The notes beneath the pieces were generated by a model that did no database searches, was not told the DNA's origin, and was given only the letters and a program-made list of their open reading frames with translations. From Fidelibacterota bacterium (GTDB lineage: Bacteria > Fidelibacterota > Marinisomatia > Marinisomatales > Marinisomataceae), in contig JABHGE010000010.1 in NCBI GenBank assembly GCA_018672235.1, positions 1 through 29,852 on the forward strand: DNA of 29,852 bases. The letters are read 5' to 3'. The position numbers were made by a program, and so were the translations under genes. Each line of letters opens with the position of its first letter. Position 1 is the stretch's first letter. Of the stretch, positions 16,976 through 27,043 are shown piece after piece.

Positions 16976-19368
16976 GTTATTTACGTAAACAATATAATAA
17001 ATGGACATCTTCAGATTATATAAAAGATATTTCAATGTTAATTGGGGGATCTTTCATATCGCAAGTAATTGTATTTCTATCCATACCTATTATTTCAAGG
17101 TTGTATTTACCTGAAGATTTTGGAGTTTATTCTACATTTATAACTATATCAGGGATATTTGGCCTAGTTTCTAACTTACTTTATGACAGAGCAATTATTT
17201 TACCTAAAAAAGATTATGATGTTTTTAATGTTTTTGTAACTGCAATTTTTTTCTCTTTTGTTACTTTTATAATAATTTTATCTGTAATACTATTTTTCAG
17301 ACCGTTTTTAATCGACTATCTATTTTTTGGAAGTGTCTTATTGCTGTTTCTAATACCTCTAAGAGTGTTACAGTTAGGAATGTTTCAAGCAGCCGAACAA
17401 GTGAGCATAAGAAATAAAAAATTCAAATCAATAGCAATTATAAGATCTTCTAACTCATTTTTAACTTCATTATTTCAAATAAGTAGTAATTTGCTATACA
17501 ACATTAATGGTGGTTTAATACTTGGTAAAATATTTTCTGATATAATTTCTACAACTTTTTTCATGTTTTCTAACCTTTCTTTTTTTTTAAAAAATATTAA
17601 AAAAATAAATCTTAATTCAATTCGTAGTGTTGCTAAAAAATATGTAGTATTTCCTAAGTTTCAGTTACCGTCAGTGTTTTCAAACACAGTTTCACAGTCA
17701 TTACCAATAATATTTTTAACATCATTATTTTCTTTGGAAATAGCTGGGTTCTATGGAATGAGTATTAGGTTATTAAAGCAACCTACAGAACTTATTGGCG
17801 CATCTACGCAGAATGTTTTCTATCAAAAAGCTTCTAATTTGTACAATAAAAGAAAAAGTATATTAGCTCTATTTAAGATTACAACCATTAACCTCGCTAA
17901 AATTTATCTTTTACCGATGGTTATAATGATTTTATTCGCACCACAAATTTTCAAATTTTTTTTAGGTGGCGAGTGGGTTATTTCGGGTAAAATTTCTCAA
18001 ATTTTAATTTTTTGGTGCTTTTTTTCTTTTATCAAACCTCCAGCAATGATGATGTTTAATATTTTAAATCTTCAAAAGATTCAATTTAGAATTGAATTTA
18101 TACAATTATTTTCAAGGATTGCTGCTCTGGCAGTTGGTTATTTAATTTTTGAATCATACTTAACTTCTTTAGCCTTGTATGTTATAGTCGGTATATTTTT
18201 TGATATATACACAATATTTTTTATTTATAATTCTATTTTAAAAAATGAAAAAGTTTCAACTGTTAATCCTTCTCATAAAGTTATATTTATTATAAGTGGA
18301 TTAGGACAGGGAGGAGCTGAGAGAGTTCTTTCTACTGTTGCGAATGAATGTGCAGAGCGAGGAATGGATGTGGAAATTATTTCAGGATATTCTAACCAGA
18401 GTGCTTATTCTTTAAGCAATAAAATTATAGTTCATTATCTTGGATTTAATAGACTTAAAAGTCAAAATTTAGTAAGTGTTTTTCTACCTTTGTGTAAAAG
18501 AATACTAAAGGTTAGGTATATTTTAAATAAAACAAAGCCAAATGTTTTAATATCTTTTGGCGATGCAACCAATGTTCAATCAATTATTTCAAATAAATTA
18601 CTTAGATACAGTTCAGCTAAACAAATTATTTCCATTCGAAGTAATCCGGAAAAATTAAATTTTCTATCAAAGATAGCAACTAATATTTTCTATAGACTTA
18701 GCAATTTGTTAGTTGTACAAACACTCTTTGTAGAAGATTGGGCAAGAAAAAGATTTTCGAATCTAAAAGTCAAAATAATAAACAATCCTGTTGCTATTCC
18801 TTCAAAAATATATCCAGAAAAGACTATTGATTTTTTACATGTAGGCACTATTAAATTTGAAAAAAATCATAAAGACCTTATTAGGGCTTTTAGTATTATT
18901 TCTAATAAAATTGAGAAGTCTTCTAAATTATATCTTGTTGGTGGTATAGAAAGTAAAAGTTTAGATAATTCAATTAAAAACCTTATAAATAAATACAATA
19001 TTAAGGATAGAGTTGTTTTTATGGGATCTCAAAAAAATGTTGATACCTTTTATGGAAAAAGTAAAATTTTTATTTTGCCATCTCTTTATGAAGGAATGTC
19101 AAATGCTCTTTTAGAGGCGATGAGTCATGGTTTGCCATCAATTACAACCGCATATAAAGGTTCTTCGGATATCATAAAAAGCGGCTATAATGGAATTATT
19201 GTTCCTAAAAGAGATGTTAAATCTTTAGCTGATGCAATGCTTGATTTATATCTTGATGAAAATAAAAGACTGCGTATTGGACAAAATGCAAAACAAACAA
19301 TTGTTGATGATTTTAAACAAGATATAGTTGTAAGTAAGTGGATTAAAAGTATTAAAGAAGAATTATAG
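16972..19368 (+). CDS. Fusion of Wzx-like oligosaccharide flippase and GT4 glycosyltransferase
   Basis: N-terminal ~420 aa: ISRLYLPEDFG, YDRAIILPK, FPKF.LP, about 12 TM. C-terminal: SGLGQGGAERV, EKNH, LPSLYEGMSNALLEAM. Start set at the ATGA overlap. Confidence 0.85.
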   Translation: MSYLRKQYNKWTSSDYIKDISMLIGGSFISQVIVFLSIPIISRLYLPEDFGVYSTFITISGIFGLVSNLLYDRAIILPKKDYDVFNVFVTAIFFSFVTFIIILSVILFFRPFLIDYLFFGSVLLLFLIPLRVLQLGMFQAAEQVSIRNKKFKSIAIIRSSNSFLTSLFQISSNLLYNINGGLILGKIFSDIISTTFFMFSNLSFFLKNIKKINLNSIRSVAKKYVVFPKFQLPSVFSNTVSQSLPIIFLTSLFSLEIAGFYGMSIRLLKQPTELIGASTQNVFYQKASNLYNKRKSILALFKITTINLAKIYLLPMVIMILFAPQIFKFFLGGEWVISGKISQILIFWCFFSFIKPPAMMMFNILNLQKIQFRIEFIQLFSRIAALAVGYLIFESYLTSLALYVIVGIFFDIYTIFFIYNSILKNEKVSTVNPSHKVIFIISGLGQGGAERVLSTVANECAERGMDVEIISGYSNQSAYSLSNKIIVHYLGFNRLKSQNLVSVFLPLCKRILKVRYILNKTKPNVLISFGDATNVQSIISNKLLRYSSAKQIISIRSNPEKLNFLSKIATNIFYRLSNLLVVQTLFVEDWARKRFSNLKVKIINNPVAIPSKIYPEKTIDFLHVGTIKFEKNHKDLIRAFSIISNKIEKSSKLYLVGGIESKSLDNSIKNLINKYNIKDRVVFMGSQKNVDTFYGKSKIFILPSLYEGMSNALLEAMSHGLPSITTAYKGSSDIIKSGYNGIIVPKRDVKSLADAMLDLYLDENKRLRIGQNAKQTIVDDFKQDIVVSKWIKSIKEEL

Positions 19369-20460
19369 CAAATCTAATTCGTAAAGATTTATTAGTTTAT
19401 CTATGCTATAGTTTTTCTCTACAAATTTTCTTCCTCTCTTTCCCATGGTTACAATTTCTTCAACTTCTAAATTAGAAAATTTATTTAAAGCAATTTTAAT
19501 GCTAGAAGCACTCCTAGGCTCAAAAAGAAATCCATTATACCCATCCTTTATAAGCTCTTTGCATCCTGGAACATTTGAAGCAAGAACTGGAATTTCCATA
19601 CTAAGAGCTTCAAGTATTACATTAGATAATCCCTCTCTGTATGAAGGAAGTATTAAGCAGTCTACTCCCCCCAATAAAGATTTCACATTATCTATATATC
19701 CCAAATATTTAATTGATTTATTTTCATCACATTTTTGAATAAAATTGTTAAAATCAATTGATGAAGAATTATTTTTGTTATAATCACCTGCGATGTAAAA
19801 TGTAGCAATATTATTTTTTAAATGGCTATTTGCAGCTAATAAAAGCTCATTGATGCCTTTTTCTTTTAACAGTCTTCCTAGAAACAGATATTTAATCTTA
19901 TTTGAGGGTAGTAATCTGTTATCACGTTTTAATTTACATGTATTAACGCCAGATCCAGGAATTAATCTAGATTGACTAGAGTTGACAATATTTAGTTTTT
20001 TAAACAAGATTAAATCAGTATTATTTTGAAAGTATATTTTGAAAACTTTTTTTTGAGAAATTTTATATAAAAAAATTATAAAAATTTTTAGTATAAAGGA
20101 TTTTAAAAAGGCTGTACCAAGTCCAGAGATATTATTTATAGTTTTAATATTTAAATATCTAGATACAATACTACCAAAAATATTAGCTTTAATAGTTGAG
20201 TTATAAATAATATCTGGTTGAATTTCTCTAAAAATTGAATAGTATTGATTTAGTAATGATAAATCTGCTAAAATATTTTTGCTGTTTGGCTCAATTTTTA
20301 CAGTCTTGGTTAAAATACCAAATTCATTAATTTTTTTTTTATATTCATCGTCTCCAGCAATTGCATATAGTTTATATCCCCTGCTTTTAAAATGGAGCAT
20401 AACATCCAATCTAAGTTGGTATAAATGTTTAAAACTATTTGCTGAAAATACTACTACCAT
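19363..20460 (-). CDS. GT4 glycosyltransferase (PglA/CapM-like)
   Basis: TIKANIFG, ISGLG, FQN..D, IPGSGV, GRLLKEKG, PSYREGLSNVILEA, NVPGC. Confidence 0.88.
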   Translation of the reverse strand: MVVVFSANSFKHLYQLRLDVMLHFKSRGYKLYAIAGDDEYKKKINEFGILTKTVKIEPNSKNILADLSLLNQYYSIFREIQPDIIYNSTIKANIFGSIVSRYLNIKTINNISGLGTAFLKSFILKIFIIFLYKISQKKVFKIYFQNNTDLILFKKLNIVNSSQSRLIPGSGVNTCKLKRDNRLLPSNKIKYLFLGRLLKEKGINELLLAANSHLKNNIATFYIAGDYNKNNSSSIDFNNFIQKCDENKSIKYLGYIDNVKSLLGGVDCLILPSYREGLSNVILEALSMEIPVLASNVPGCKELIKDGYNGFLFEPRSASSIKIALNKFSNLEVEEIVTMGKRGRKFVEKNYSIDKLINLYELDLL

Positions 20461-20512
20461 ATAAGGTTTAAGTTATATAAAATTTAAAAAAAGATTAAAG
20501 AAAATAAAAAAC

Positions 20513-21124
20513 ATGTATACAACATTCAAACCAGTAATTTCTAATACTTTAGCAGCTTTTTTATTTATAATTTTACTACCTATAATCCTTATTTTATCGT
20601 TATTAATTTTAATTACAGACGGCCTGCCTATATTTTTTTTTCAAAAAAGAGGAGGGTTAAATGAAAAAAGTTTTCAAATAATAAAATTTAGAACAATGAA
20701 AAATGAAGGCGACTTAACTGTTTCTGCTGAAAATGATATAAGAAGAACAACTAAAATTGGTTTATTGCTAAGGAAATTTAGTTTAGATGAACTACCTACA
20801 ATTTTTAATATTTTAAAAGGCGATATGAGTTTTGTTGGGCCAAGACCGCTATTATTTGAATACAAAAAACTTTATAGTACTAATCAGAAAAAACGCTTCT
20901 TGGTTAAGCCAGGCATTACTGGTTGGGCACAAGTTAATGGTAGAAATCACCTATCTTGGAATGAAAAGTTCAATCTTGATATTTGGTATGTTAAAAATCA
21001 AAGTTTTTTGTTAGATTTAAAAATATTGTTGATAACATTTTTTAAAATATTTTCTAACAAAGATATTGATTTTAATAAAAATATTTCAGACATAAAATTT
21101 AAAGGTAATAATGAAAATAATTAA
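20513..21124 (+). CDS. Initiating phosphoglycosyl transferase (PglC/EpsL-type sugar transferase)
   Basis: KFRTM, LRKFSLDELP, GDMSFVGPRP, KPGITGWAQVNGRN, LDIWYV. Confidence 0.92.
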   Translation: MYTTFKPVISNTLAAFLFIILLPIILILSLLILITDGLPIFFFQKRGGLNEKSFQIIKFRTMKNEGDLTVSAENDIRRTTKIGLLLRKFSLDELPTIFNILKGDMSFVGPRPLLFEYKKLYSTNQKKRFLVKPGITGWAQVNGRNHLSWNEKFNLDIWYVKNQSFLLDLKILLITFFKIFSNKDIDFNKNISDIKFKGNNENN

Positions 21125-21530
21125 AGCCGATAAGACTAGATTCACTGAATGGAAAATACCAAAAATGAATCATGGTATTCCAACAAGCTATGGCTGGATA
21201 GTCCACCATCCTGAAAATTTAATACTTCAAAAATACTCAGATATTGGAGCTTTTTCTTATTTAAATGCTAAGTATGGCATCGAGATAGGTGAGTATGCTC
21301 AGTTTGGATCTCATTGTTCGATATACTCTTATTCGTCAATCGATGAAAAAAAAGGGAAAGTTATGATTGGCTATAATGCAAGAGTTGGTTCTCATACAAC
21401 GATAATGCCAGGAATTTCAATTGGGGATAATGCTATTGTTGGAGCCAATAGTTTTGTAACAACAGACGTTCCAAAAAATTCTTTTTTTGCAGGAGTTCCA
21501 GCAAGGCTTATAAAGGAATTAAATGAATAG
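21111..21530 (+). CDS. Hexapeptide-repeat acyltransferase
   Basis: Left-handed beta-helix repeats IG....VG....IMPGISIGDNAIVGANSFV...GVPAR. Confidence 0.85.
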   Translation: MKIIKADKTRFTEWKIPKMNHGIPTSYGWIVHHPENLILQKYSDIGAFSYLNAKYGIEIGEYAQFGSHCSIYSYSSIDEKKGKVMIGYNARVGSHTTIMPGISIGDNAIVGANSFVTTDVPKNSFFAGVPARLIKELNE

Positions 21531-22683
21531 TTGGCCATATTTTGATAAAAACGATGTAGCAAAAGCTAAAGAAATTCTAGAATCAGGTAAAATAAACTAT
21601 TGGACAGGATCTGAAGGCAGAGAATTTGAAAAGGAGTTTTCAAAATATGTTAATGTTGATTATTCTGTAGCTGTAGATAATGGTACGAATGCCTTAATTT
21701 TAGCTGCGCATGCTCTAGGAATTTCAAAAGGCGACGAAGTAATTATGAGCCCTAGAACATTTGTTGCTTCAGCATTTAGTATTATGCACTTAGGCGCAAA
21801 ACCTATTTTTGTAGATATTGATAGAAACTCTCAAAATATGGATGCCTCATTAATTGAACAAGCAATTACTCCAAATACAAAAGCAATTATGGCTATTCAT
21901 ATAGCTGGATGGCCATGTGAAATGAATATAATTCAGGACATTTGTAAGAAGTACAATCTTTACCTCATTGAAGATTGTGCACAAGCACATGGTGCTCAAT
22001 ACAACAATCAGTCAGTAGGTTCTTTCGGCGATGTAAATGCATGGTCTTTTTGTCAAGATAAAATTATGTCTACAGCTGGTGAGGGTGGTATGGTGACAAC
22101 AAATAATAAAGAGCTTTGGAAAAAGGTTTGGTCTTTCAAGGATCACGGCAAAAACTATGATACAGTATATAATAAAGAGCACTCCCCTGGATTTAGATGG
22201 CTTCATGAAGATCACGGAACAAATGCTCGATTAACTGAAATACAATCTGGAATTGGAAGACTCCAGCTAAGGAAGTTAGATAGTTGGATTGATAAAAGAA
22301 CAAAACTAGCGAATATATTTAATGATGGATTTAAAAATATCGATGGATTGAGAATTGCTCTATCCCCAGATCATATTAAACATGCTCATTATAAGTATTA
22401 TGTTTTTGTAGAAAATGAAAAGCTAAAAGATGGTAAGAATAGAGATTTTATTATGAATTCATTAAATGAAATAGGAACTCCATGTTATAGTGGTAGCTGT
22501 AGTGAAATTTATAAAGAAAAAGCTTTTGATAAATTATTTCCAAAAGGACATACAGCTTTACCCGTAGCAAAAGAACTTGCAGAGACATCTCTTATGTTTC
22601 TTGTGCATCCAACCATAGATGAAGAAGATATTTATACTATTGTTGATCAAACTAAGAGTATTATGAAGGATATTTTAAAATAA
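21523..22683 (+). CDS. UDP-4-keto-6-deoxy-HexNAc 4-aminotransferase (Neisseria PglC / Acinetobacter WeeJ type)
   Basis: NYWTG.E.REFEKEF, EDCAQAHGA, WSFCQDKIM, KDHGK.YD.VY, PGFRWLHE, GSCSE.Y.EKAF, SLMFLVHPT match that subfamily as recalled. Confidence 0.88.
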   Translation: MNSWPYFDKNDVAKAKEILESGKINYWTGSEGREFEKEFSKYVNVDYSVAVDNGTNALILAAHALGISKGDEVIMSPRTFVASAFSIMHLGAKPIFVDIDRNSQNMDASLIEQAITPNTKAIMAIHIAGWPCEMNIIQDICKKYNLYLIEDCAQAHGAQYNNQSVGSFGDVNAWSFCQDKIMSTAGEGGMVTTNNKELWKKVWSFKDHGKNYDTVYNKEHSPGFRWLHEDHGTNARLTEIQSGIGRLQLRKLDSWIDKRTKLANIFNDGFKNIDGLRIALSPDHIKHAHYKYYVFVENEKLKDGKNRDFIMNSLNEIGTPCYSGSCSEIYKEKAFDKLFPKGHTALPVAKELAETSLMFLVHPTIDEEDIYTIVDQTKSIMKDILK

Positions 22684-22733
22684 ATAATTTTTTTTATAGG
22701 ATAGAAAAATGTATAATACCTAATAGAATAACT

Positions 22734-24521
22734 ATGAACAAACAAACAAAGCCATTAATAAAGTTTTTCATTGATTTGTCTGCTGCATTTTTCTCTATTT
22801 TTTTATCATATTCATTTCTTTATAGTTTTGATTTTGTATCTATCAATGCCACTGATATAGCTACTCAATTTACACTTTTTTCATTTTCATATCTTATCTC
22901 TTCATTAATAACAAAAAATTATGCATCTGTATGGGCATACGCTAGTTTGAGTGAAATATTTGTATTAGCCTCAAATATCACTTTATCGTTTATTTTTACC
23001 ATAATCATAGGATTAATTTCTGGACTAGGGACAAATGTGAAAGCAGTAGTATTATTTTTTATTTTATTTAGTTTTTTATCAGCTTCCTTACGTTTGCTGA
23101 GACGATTTATTTCTGAGAGAAATAATTTATCAATAGGTGAAAAAAAAGCTATCATTATAGGTGTTAATCAAGCAACAAATAATTTTTTAAAAAATCCAGG
23201 AAGTAGATCTCAGTATGATATTATTGGTATTATTGACGACTCCTATGAGGTAGGAAAAAAAATTGCTAATCATAAAGTGGTAGGTAACACTCTAGACTTA
23301 GAGATGTTTATAAAAGAAAAAGATGTAGAAGTAATTATTTATACTGGGATATATGATAATGAACCAATTTTAAAAAAGAATCTTATAAGGAGAGTTGTAA
23401 ATTTAAGTGCTACATTTCTTACCCTACAGCATTCTCTTAAAAAAGATATTCCTTTAACTATTTCTAGTATGGATGAAGTGACAGAAATTGAGAACACATT
23501 ATTGCCAAAAGTTTCGAAGGAAAAATCAAAAAATATTTTAGTCACTGGTGGCGCTGGATATATTGGAGTCCATTTAGTCAAAATTTTACTTGATGATGGA
23601 TATAATGTAACTATTCTAGATAATTTCACATTTGGTAAGGAGTCAATTTCACATATTAAAGATCATCCTCATTTAACGATTGTAGAAGGAGATATTACTA
23701 ATATAAAAGATTTAGTTAAGTCTGTTAAGAATAATCGTTTTGTAGTGGCTCTAGCAGCTATTGTTGGAGATCCTGCTGGTAGTATAGATGCAGAAGAAAC
23801 ACTAAATCTGAACTATGAGAGTACTAAGATTTTAACTCAAATTTGTAATTTTTATGAAGTTGAAAAACTTGTTTTTGCTTCTAGTTGCAGCGTATATGGT
23901 TCGAATGATTCAATCATATTGAATGAAGAATCTTATCTTAATCCAGTATCTCTATATGCTAGAACTCGTATTTATTCAGAGAATTATATATTAGATAATT
24001 GCCAGTCTGTAAGTCCTACTATCATGAGACTTTCTACAGTATTTGGGTTTTCGCCTAGAATGAGATATGATCTTGTAGTGAACACATTATTGGTCAGGGC
24101 TTTAAGAGATAATAAATTTAGTGTTTTTGGCGGCGATCAATGGAGACCATTCGTTCATTGTTATGATGTAGCTAGAGCGTTTAAAATGGCAATAGAGTCC
24201 GATAAAAGCATTACGCATAACCAAGTATTTAATGTCGGTTCAGATGATATGAATTTTACTATAGACCAAATAGGACAAAAAGTTGCTCAAAAAATGCCAG
24301 ATGCTAGTTTCAGTATAGTAGAAGAGGATGTAGATAAAAGAAATTATAGAGTATCTTTTTCAAAAATATCAAATATTTTAGGGTTTAAAAATAAATTTGA
24401 TATTGAAATGGGGTTAGATGAGATGGTACAAAACATTGGTACAGATCCTAAACTACTAGAGTATGAGGATAAAATTTATTCTAATTTCACTCACCTGAAA
24501 GATTCATACGACAAACAATAG
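22734..24521 (+). CDS. Membrane-anchored nucleotide-sugar SDR: PglF/CapD-like N-terminus fused to an epimerase-type catalytic domain
   Basis: 4 TM helices with Y..VW.YAS..E, degenerate Rossmann (AIIIG, IIGIIDD, VVG), then VTGGAGYIG, LAAIVGDP, ASSCSVYG, YARTR, RLSTVFG.SPRMR.DLVVN, QWRPFVH. Confidence 0.8.
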   Translation: MNKQTKPLIKFFIDLSAAFFSIFLSYSFLYSFDFVSINATDIATQFTLFSFSYLISSLITKNYASVWAYASLSEIFVLASNITLSFIFTIIIGLISGLGTNVKAVVLFFILFSFLSASLRLLRRFISERNNLSIGEKKAIIIGVNQATNNFLKNPGSRSQYDIIGIIDDSYEVGKKIANHKVVGNTLDLEMFIKEKDVEVIIYTGIYDNEPILKKNLIRRVVNLSATFLTLQHSLKKDIPLTISSMDEVTEIENTLLPKVSKEKSKNILVTGGAGYIGVHLVKILLDDGYNVTILDNFTFGKESISHIKDHPHLTIVEGDITNIKDLVKSVKNNRFVVALAAIVGDPAGSIDAEETLNLNYESTKILTQICNFYEVEKLVFASSCSVYGSNDSIILNEESYLNPVSLYARTRIYSENYILDNCQSVSPTIMRLSTVFGFSPRMRYDLVVNTLLVRALRDNKFSVFGGDQWRPFVHCYDVARAFKMAIESDKSITHNQVFNVGSDDMNFTIDQIGQKVAQKMPDASFSIVEEDVDKRNYRVSFSKISNILGFKNKFDIEMGLDEMVQNIGTDPKLLEYEDKIYSNFTHLKDSYDKQ

Positions 24522-25632
24522 AGCTTATATATTTTCCTATGCTTAGCGATGCAGTTAATCCTGGAGAATCAATCCCAATAAGATTTATTAAATTTTTATA
24601 CCCATTACTAGATTCTTCCGCAATATAAAAATCAGAATAATGATTTGATGAGTAAAATAATTTAGGCCTAATGCCTGAGTAGTCTGCATTTAAATCTTCA
24701 ATTTTTAAATCCTTTATATATTCTTTAGCGCTAATAAAAAATTTATTTTTTCCACTATCTTGAACAGAATAATCAAAGTCTTTTTCTTCAATATATTCAT
24801 AATCTGGACCAAGTTTAGATCTATTGGTTGAATCGAAGCTAATATGTATACCTAACGAATCGTCATCTTGAGGTAAAGAGTAAATTAATTTATTAAATTT
24901 TCCAGTCCATTTTGTTGATAAAGAGAAGTATGACCCCTTATAAAATTTCATTTTGGGTATCTTTAGGGAATCTTTCATAATGTTATATGCTACATTATAA
25001 CTTCCAAGTCCGGCAGAGTTAATTAAAACCTTTGTTTGAATATTTTCAACTTCGCCATTTTTTCTTTCTATATCTAATATATAGCTATCAGGATTTTTTA
25101 TAATTTTTTTAGGCTCACTATCGAAAATATATGTATGATTTTTGCTAGATATCCTGAATAGATGATTCATAAAATCATGGGAATCCACCACTCCAGAATT
25201 TTTGATTAACACAGATTTTTCAGAATATATGTTAGGTTCTATTTTTTCTGTTTTTTTTGAATCAAGAAGTTCAAAATCAATTTTTTTTTCTATCAAGGAT
25301 TTAATAAATAGTTGGAGCTTACTTTCCTCTTCTTTTTTTGATACGATAATTTTTTCACAATGATTAAACCATATTTTATTTTCTTTGCAGAAATCGTATA
25401 ACAGCTTATTGCCTTCAATACAGAATTTATATTTTAGACTATCGATATGATTGAAAATTCCAGAATGAATAACTTCACTATTCCTACTTGATGTTTCTGT
25501 GCCAAAAGTATCATTTTTTTCAACTATTAAGACGGAATATTTAGTTTCTTCAGATAAATATTTAGCAATTGCCAAACCTACTACACCTGCACCAATTATT
25601 GTAATATCAAATTCAGGATTTTGATGTGACAA
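24487..25632 (-). CDS. FAD-dependent oxidoreductase, L-2-hydroxyglutarate oxidase-like (DAO family)
   Basis: IIGAGVVG, ETSSRNSEVIHSG, INSAGL, KGSYF, LGIH, YSGIRPK, GIDSPGLTASL. Probable TTG start 1 nt after the ahcY stop. Confidence 0.8.
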   Translation of the reverse strand: MSHQNPEFDITIIGAGVVGLAIAKYLSEETKYSVLIVEKNDTFGTETSSRNSEVIHSGIFNHIDSLKYKFCIEGNKLLYDFCKENKIWFNHCEKIIVSKKEEESKLQLFIKSLIEKKIDFELLDSKKTEKIEPNIYSEKSVLIKNSGVVDSHDFMNHLFRISSKNHTYIFDSEPKKIIKNPDSYILDIERKNGEVENIQTKVLINSAGLGSYNVAYNIMKDSLKIPKMKFYKGSYFSLSTKWTGKFNKLIYSLPQDDDSLGIHISFDSTNRSKLGPDYEYIEEKDFDYSVQDSGKNKFFISAKEYIKDLKIEDLNADYSGIRPKLFYSSNHYSDFYIAEESSNGYKNLINLIGIDSPGLTASLSIGKYISSIVCRMNLSGE

Positions 25633-25633
25633 A

Positions 25634-27043
25634 CTAATACCTATAACTATCTTTTTTGAATGGACCATCAATGTTCACTCCAATATACTCTGCCTGCTCT
25701 TCTGAAAGTAATGTGAGTTCTGCATCTAGATGATCAAGGTGAAGCCTTGCAACTTCTTCATCAAGTTCTCTTGGTAAATGATAAAGATCTACTTCGGGTT
25801 TATTCTTAGCAAGAAATATTTGAGCTAGTACTTGATTTGCGAATGAAGTAGACATAACAAAACTCGCATGTCCTGTAGCGCAACCTAGATTAACTAATCT
25901 ACCTTCTGCTAGTAAAAATATCTCTTTACCATCAGGGAAAGTATATTTATCGTATTGGGGTTTAATTTGTTCTCTTGTAGCATCAGAATCATTTAATGCA
26001 TCCACTTGAATTTCGTTATCAAAGTGACCAATATTACAAACAATGGCTTGATCTCTCATCCCTCTAATGTGTTCTAGCGTAATAATATCTTTATTGCCTG
26101 TAGTTGTAACAAATAGATGACCCTTACTCAGAACGCTATCCAGAGTTTTAACTTCATACCCCTCCATCGCTGCCTGTAATGCGCATATAGGATCTATTTC
26201 AGTCACTACAACCTTACATCCATATGATCTCATAGATTGAGCACATCCTTTCCCGACATCTCCATATCCGCAGACTATAACAGTTTTACCTGCCATCATT
26301 ACCTCTGTAGCACGCTTAATACCATCTACTAATGATTCACGACACCCATAAAGATTATCAAACTTTGATTTGGTTGCAGAATCATTAACATTGAAAGCGG
26401 CAAATAAAAGTTTATTATCTTGTTCCATTTGGACCAAGCGAGCAACGCCGGTAGTAGTTTCCTCTGAAACTCCAATAATATCAGGCACAATATTATGCCA
26501 ATGATTCGCATTGAGCTGATGTACTTTTCTGATAAGATTTTCAATCACGAGTTCTTCTGGATTTGTTGTTGTTATTTCAGGATAATTTTGATGTTTATTA
26601 AAATAATTTTCTAACTCATATCCTTTATGGATAAGAAGCGTAGCATCTCCACCATCATCAACAAGTAAATTTGGACCTAAATGGTTGTCAAAAGTCAAAG
26701 CTTGTAAGGTGCAGTCCCAATATTCTTCTAACGTTTCTCCTTTCCAGGCATACACAGGAGTTCCGGTTGCCGCAATCGCCGCCGCCGCTTCATCTTGAGT
26801 CGAGAATATATTACAACTCGCCCATCTAACATCGGCTCCTAAGTCTTTTAATGTTTCAATAAGAATCGCAGTTTCTTTAGTCATATGTAAAGAACCGGTT
26901 AATCTGAATCCTTTCAAAGGTTTTTTACTAGCGTACTGTTTTCTTAAAGACATCAGCCCTGGCATTTCTTTCTCTGATATCGTAATCTTTTTCCTACCTA
27001 AATCTGCTAAATTGATATCTTTTATTTTATAATCTTGTTTCAT
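25634..27043 (-). CDS. ahcY: Adenosylhomocysteinase
   Basis: [69 protein letters not shown]-terminus. Confidence 0.97.
   Translation of the reverse strand: MKQDYKIKDINLADLGRKKITISEKEMPGLMSLRKQYASKKPLKGFRLTGSLHMTKETAILIETLKDLGADVRWASCNIFSTQDEAAAAIAATGTPVYAWKGETLEEYWDCTLQALTFDNHLGPNLLVDDGGDATLLIHKGYELENYFNKHQNYPEITTTNPEELVIENLIRKVHQLNANHWHNIVPDIIGVSEETTTGVARLVQMEQDNKLLFAAFNVNDSATKSKFDNLYGCRESLVDGIKRATEVMMAGKTVIVCGYGDVGKGCAQSMRSYGCKVVVTEIDPICALQAAMEGYEVKTLDSVLSKGHLFVTTTGNKDIITLEHIRGMRDQAIVCNIGHFDNEIQVDALNDSDATREQIKPQYDKYTFPDGKEIFLLAEGRLVNLGCATGHASFVMSTSFANQVLAQIFLAKNKPEVDLYHLPRELDEEVARLHLDHLDAELTLLSEEQAEYIGVNIDGPFKKDSYRY

Noticed and set aside
20331..20340. T10 tract (and several 9-nt A/T tracts elsewhere) as phase-variation sites
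   Set aside because: Expected at this AT content, all frames are intact, and there are no long poly-G/C tracts.
1021..26544. Other short ORFs nested in or antisense to long genes (e.g. 1584-1847, 4078-4308, 19445-19738, 23339-23629, 26329-26544)
   Set aside because: Largely or fully overlap well-supported genes and show no recognisable motifs.
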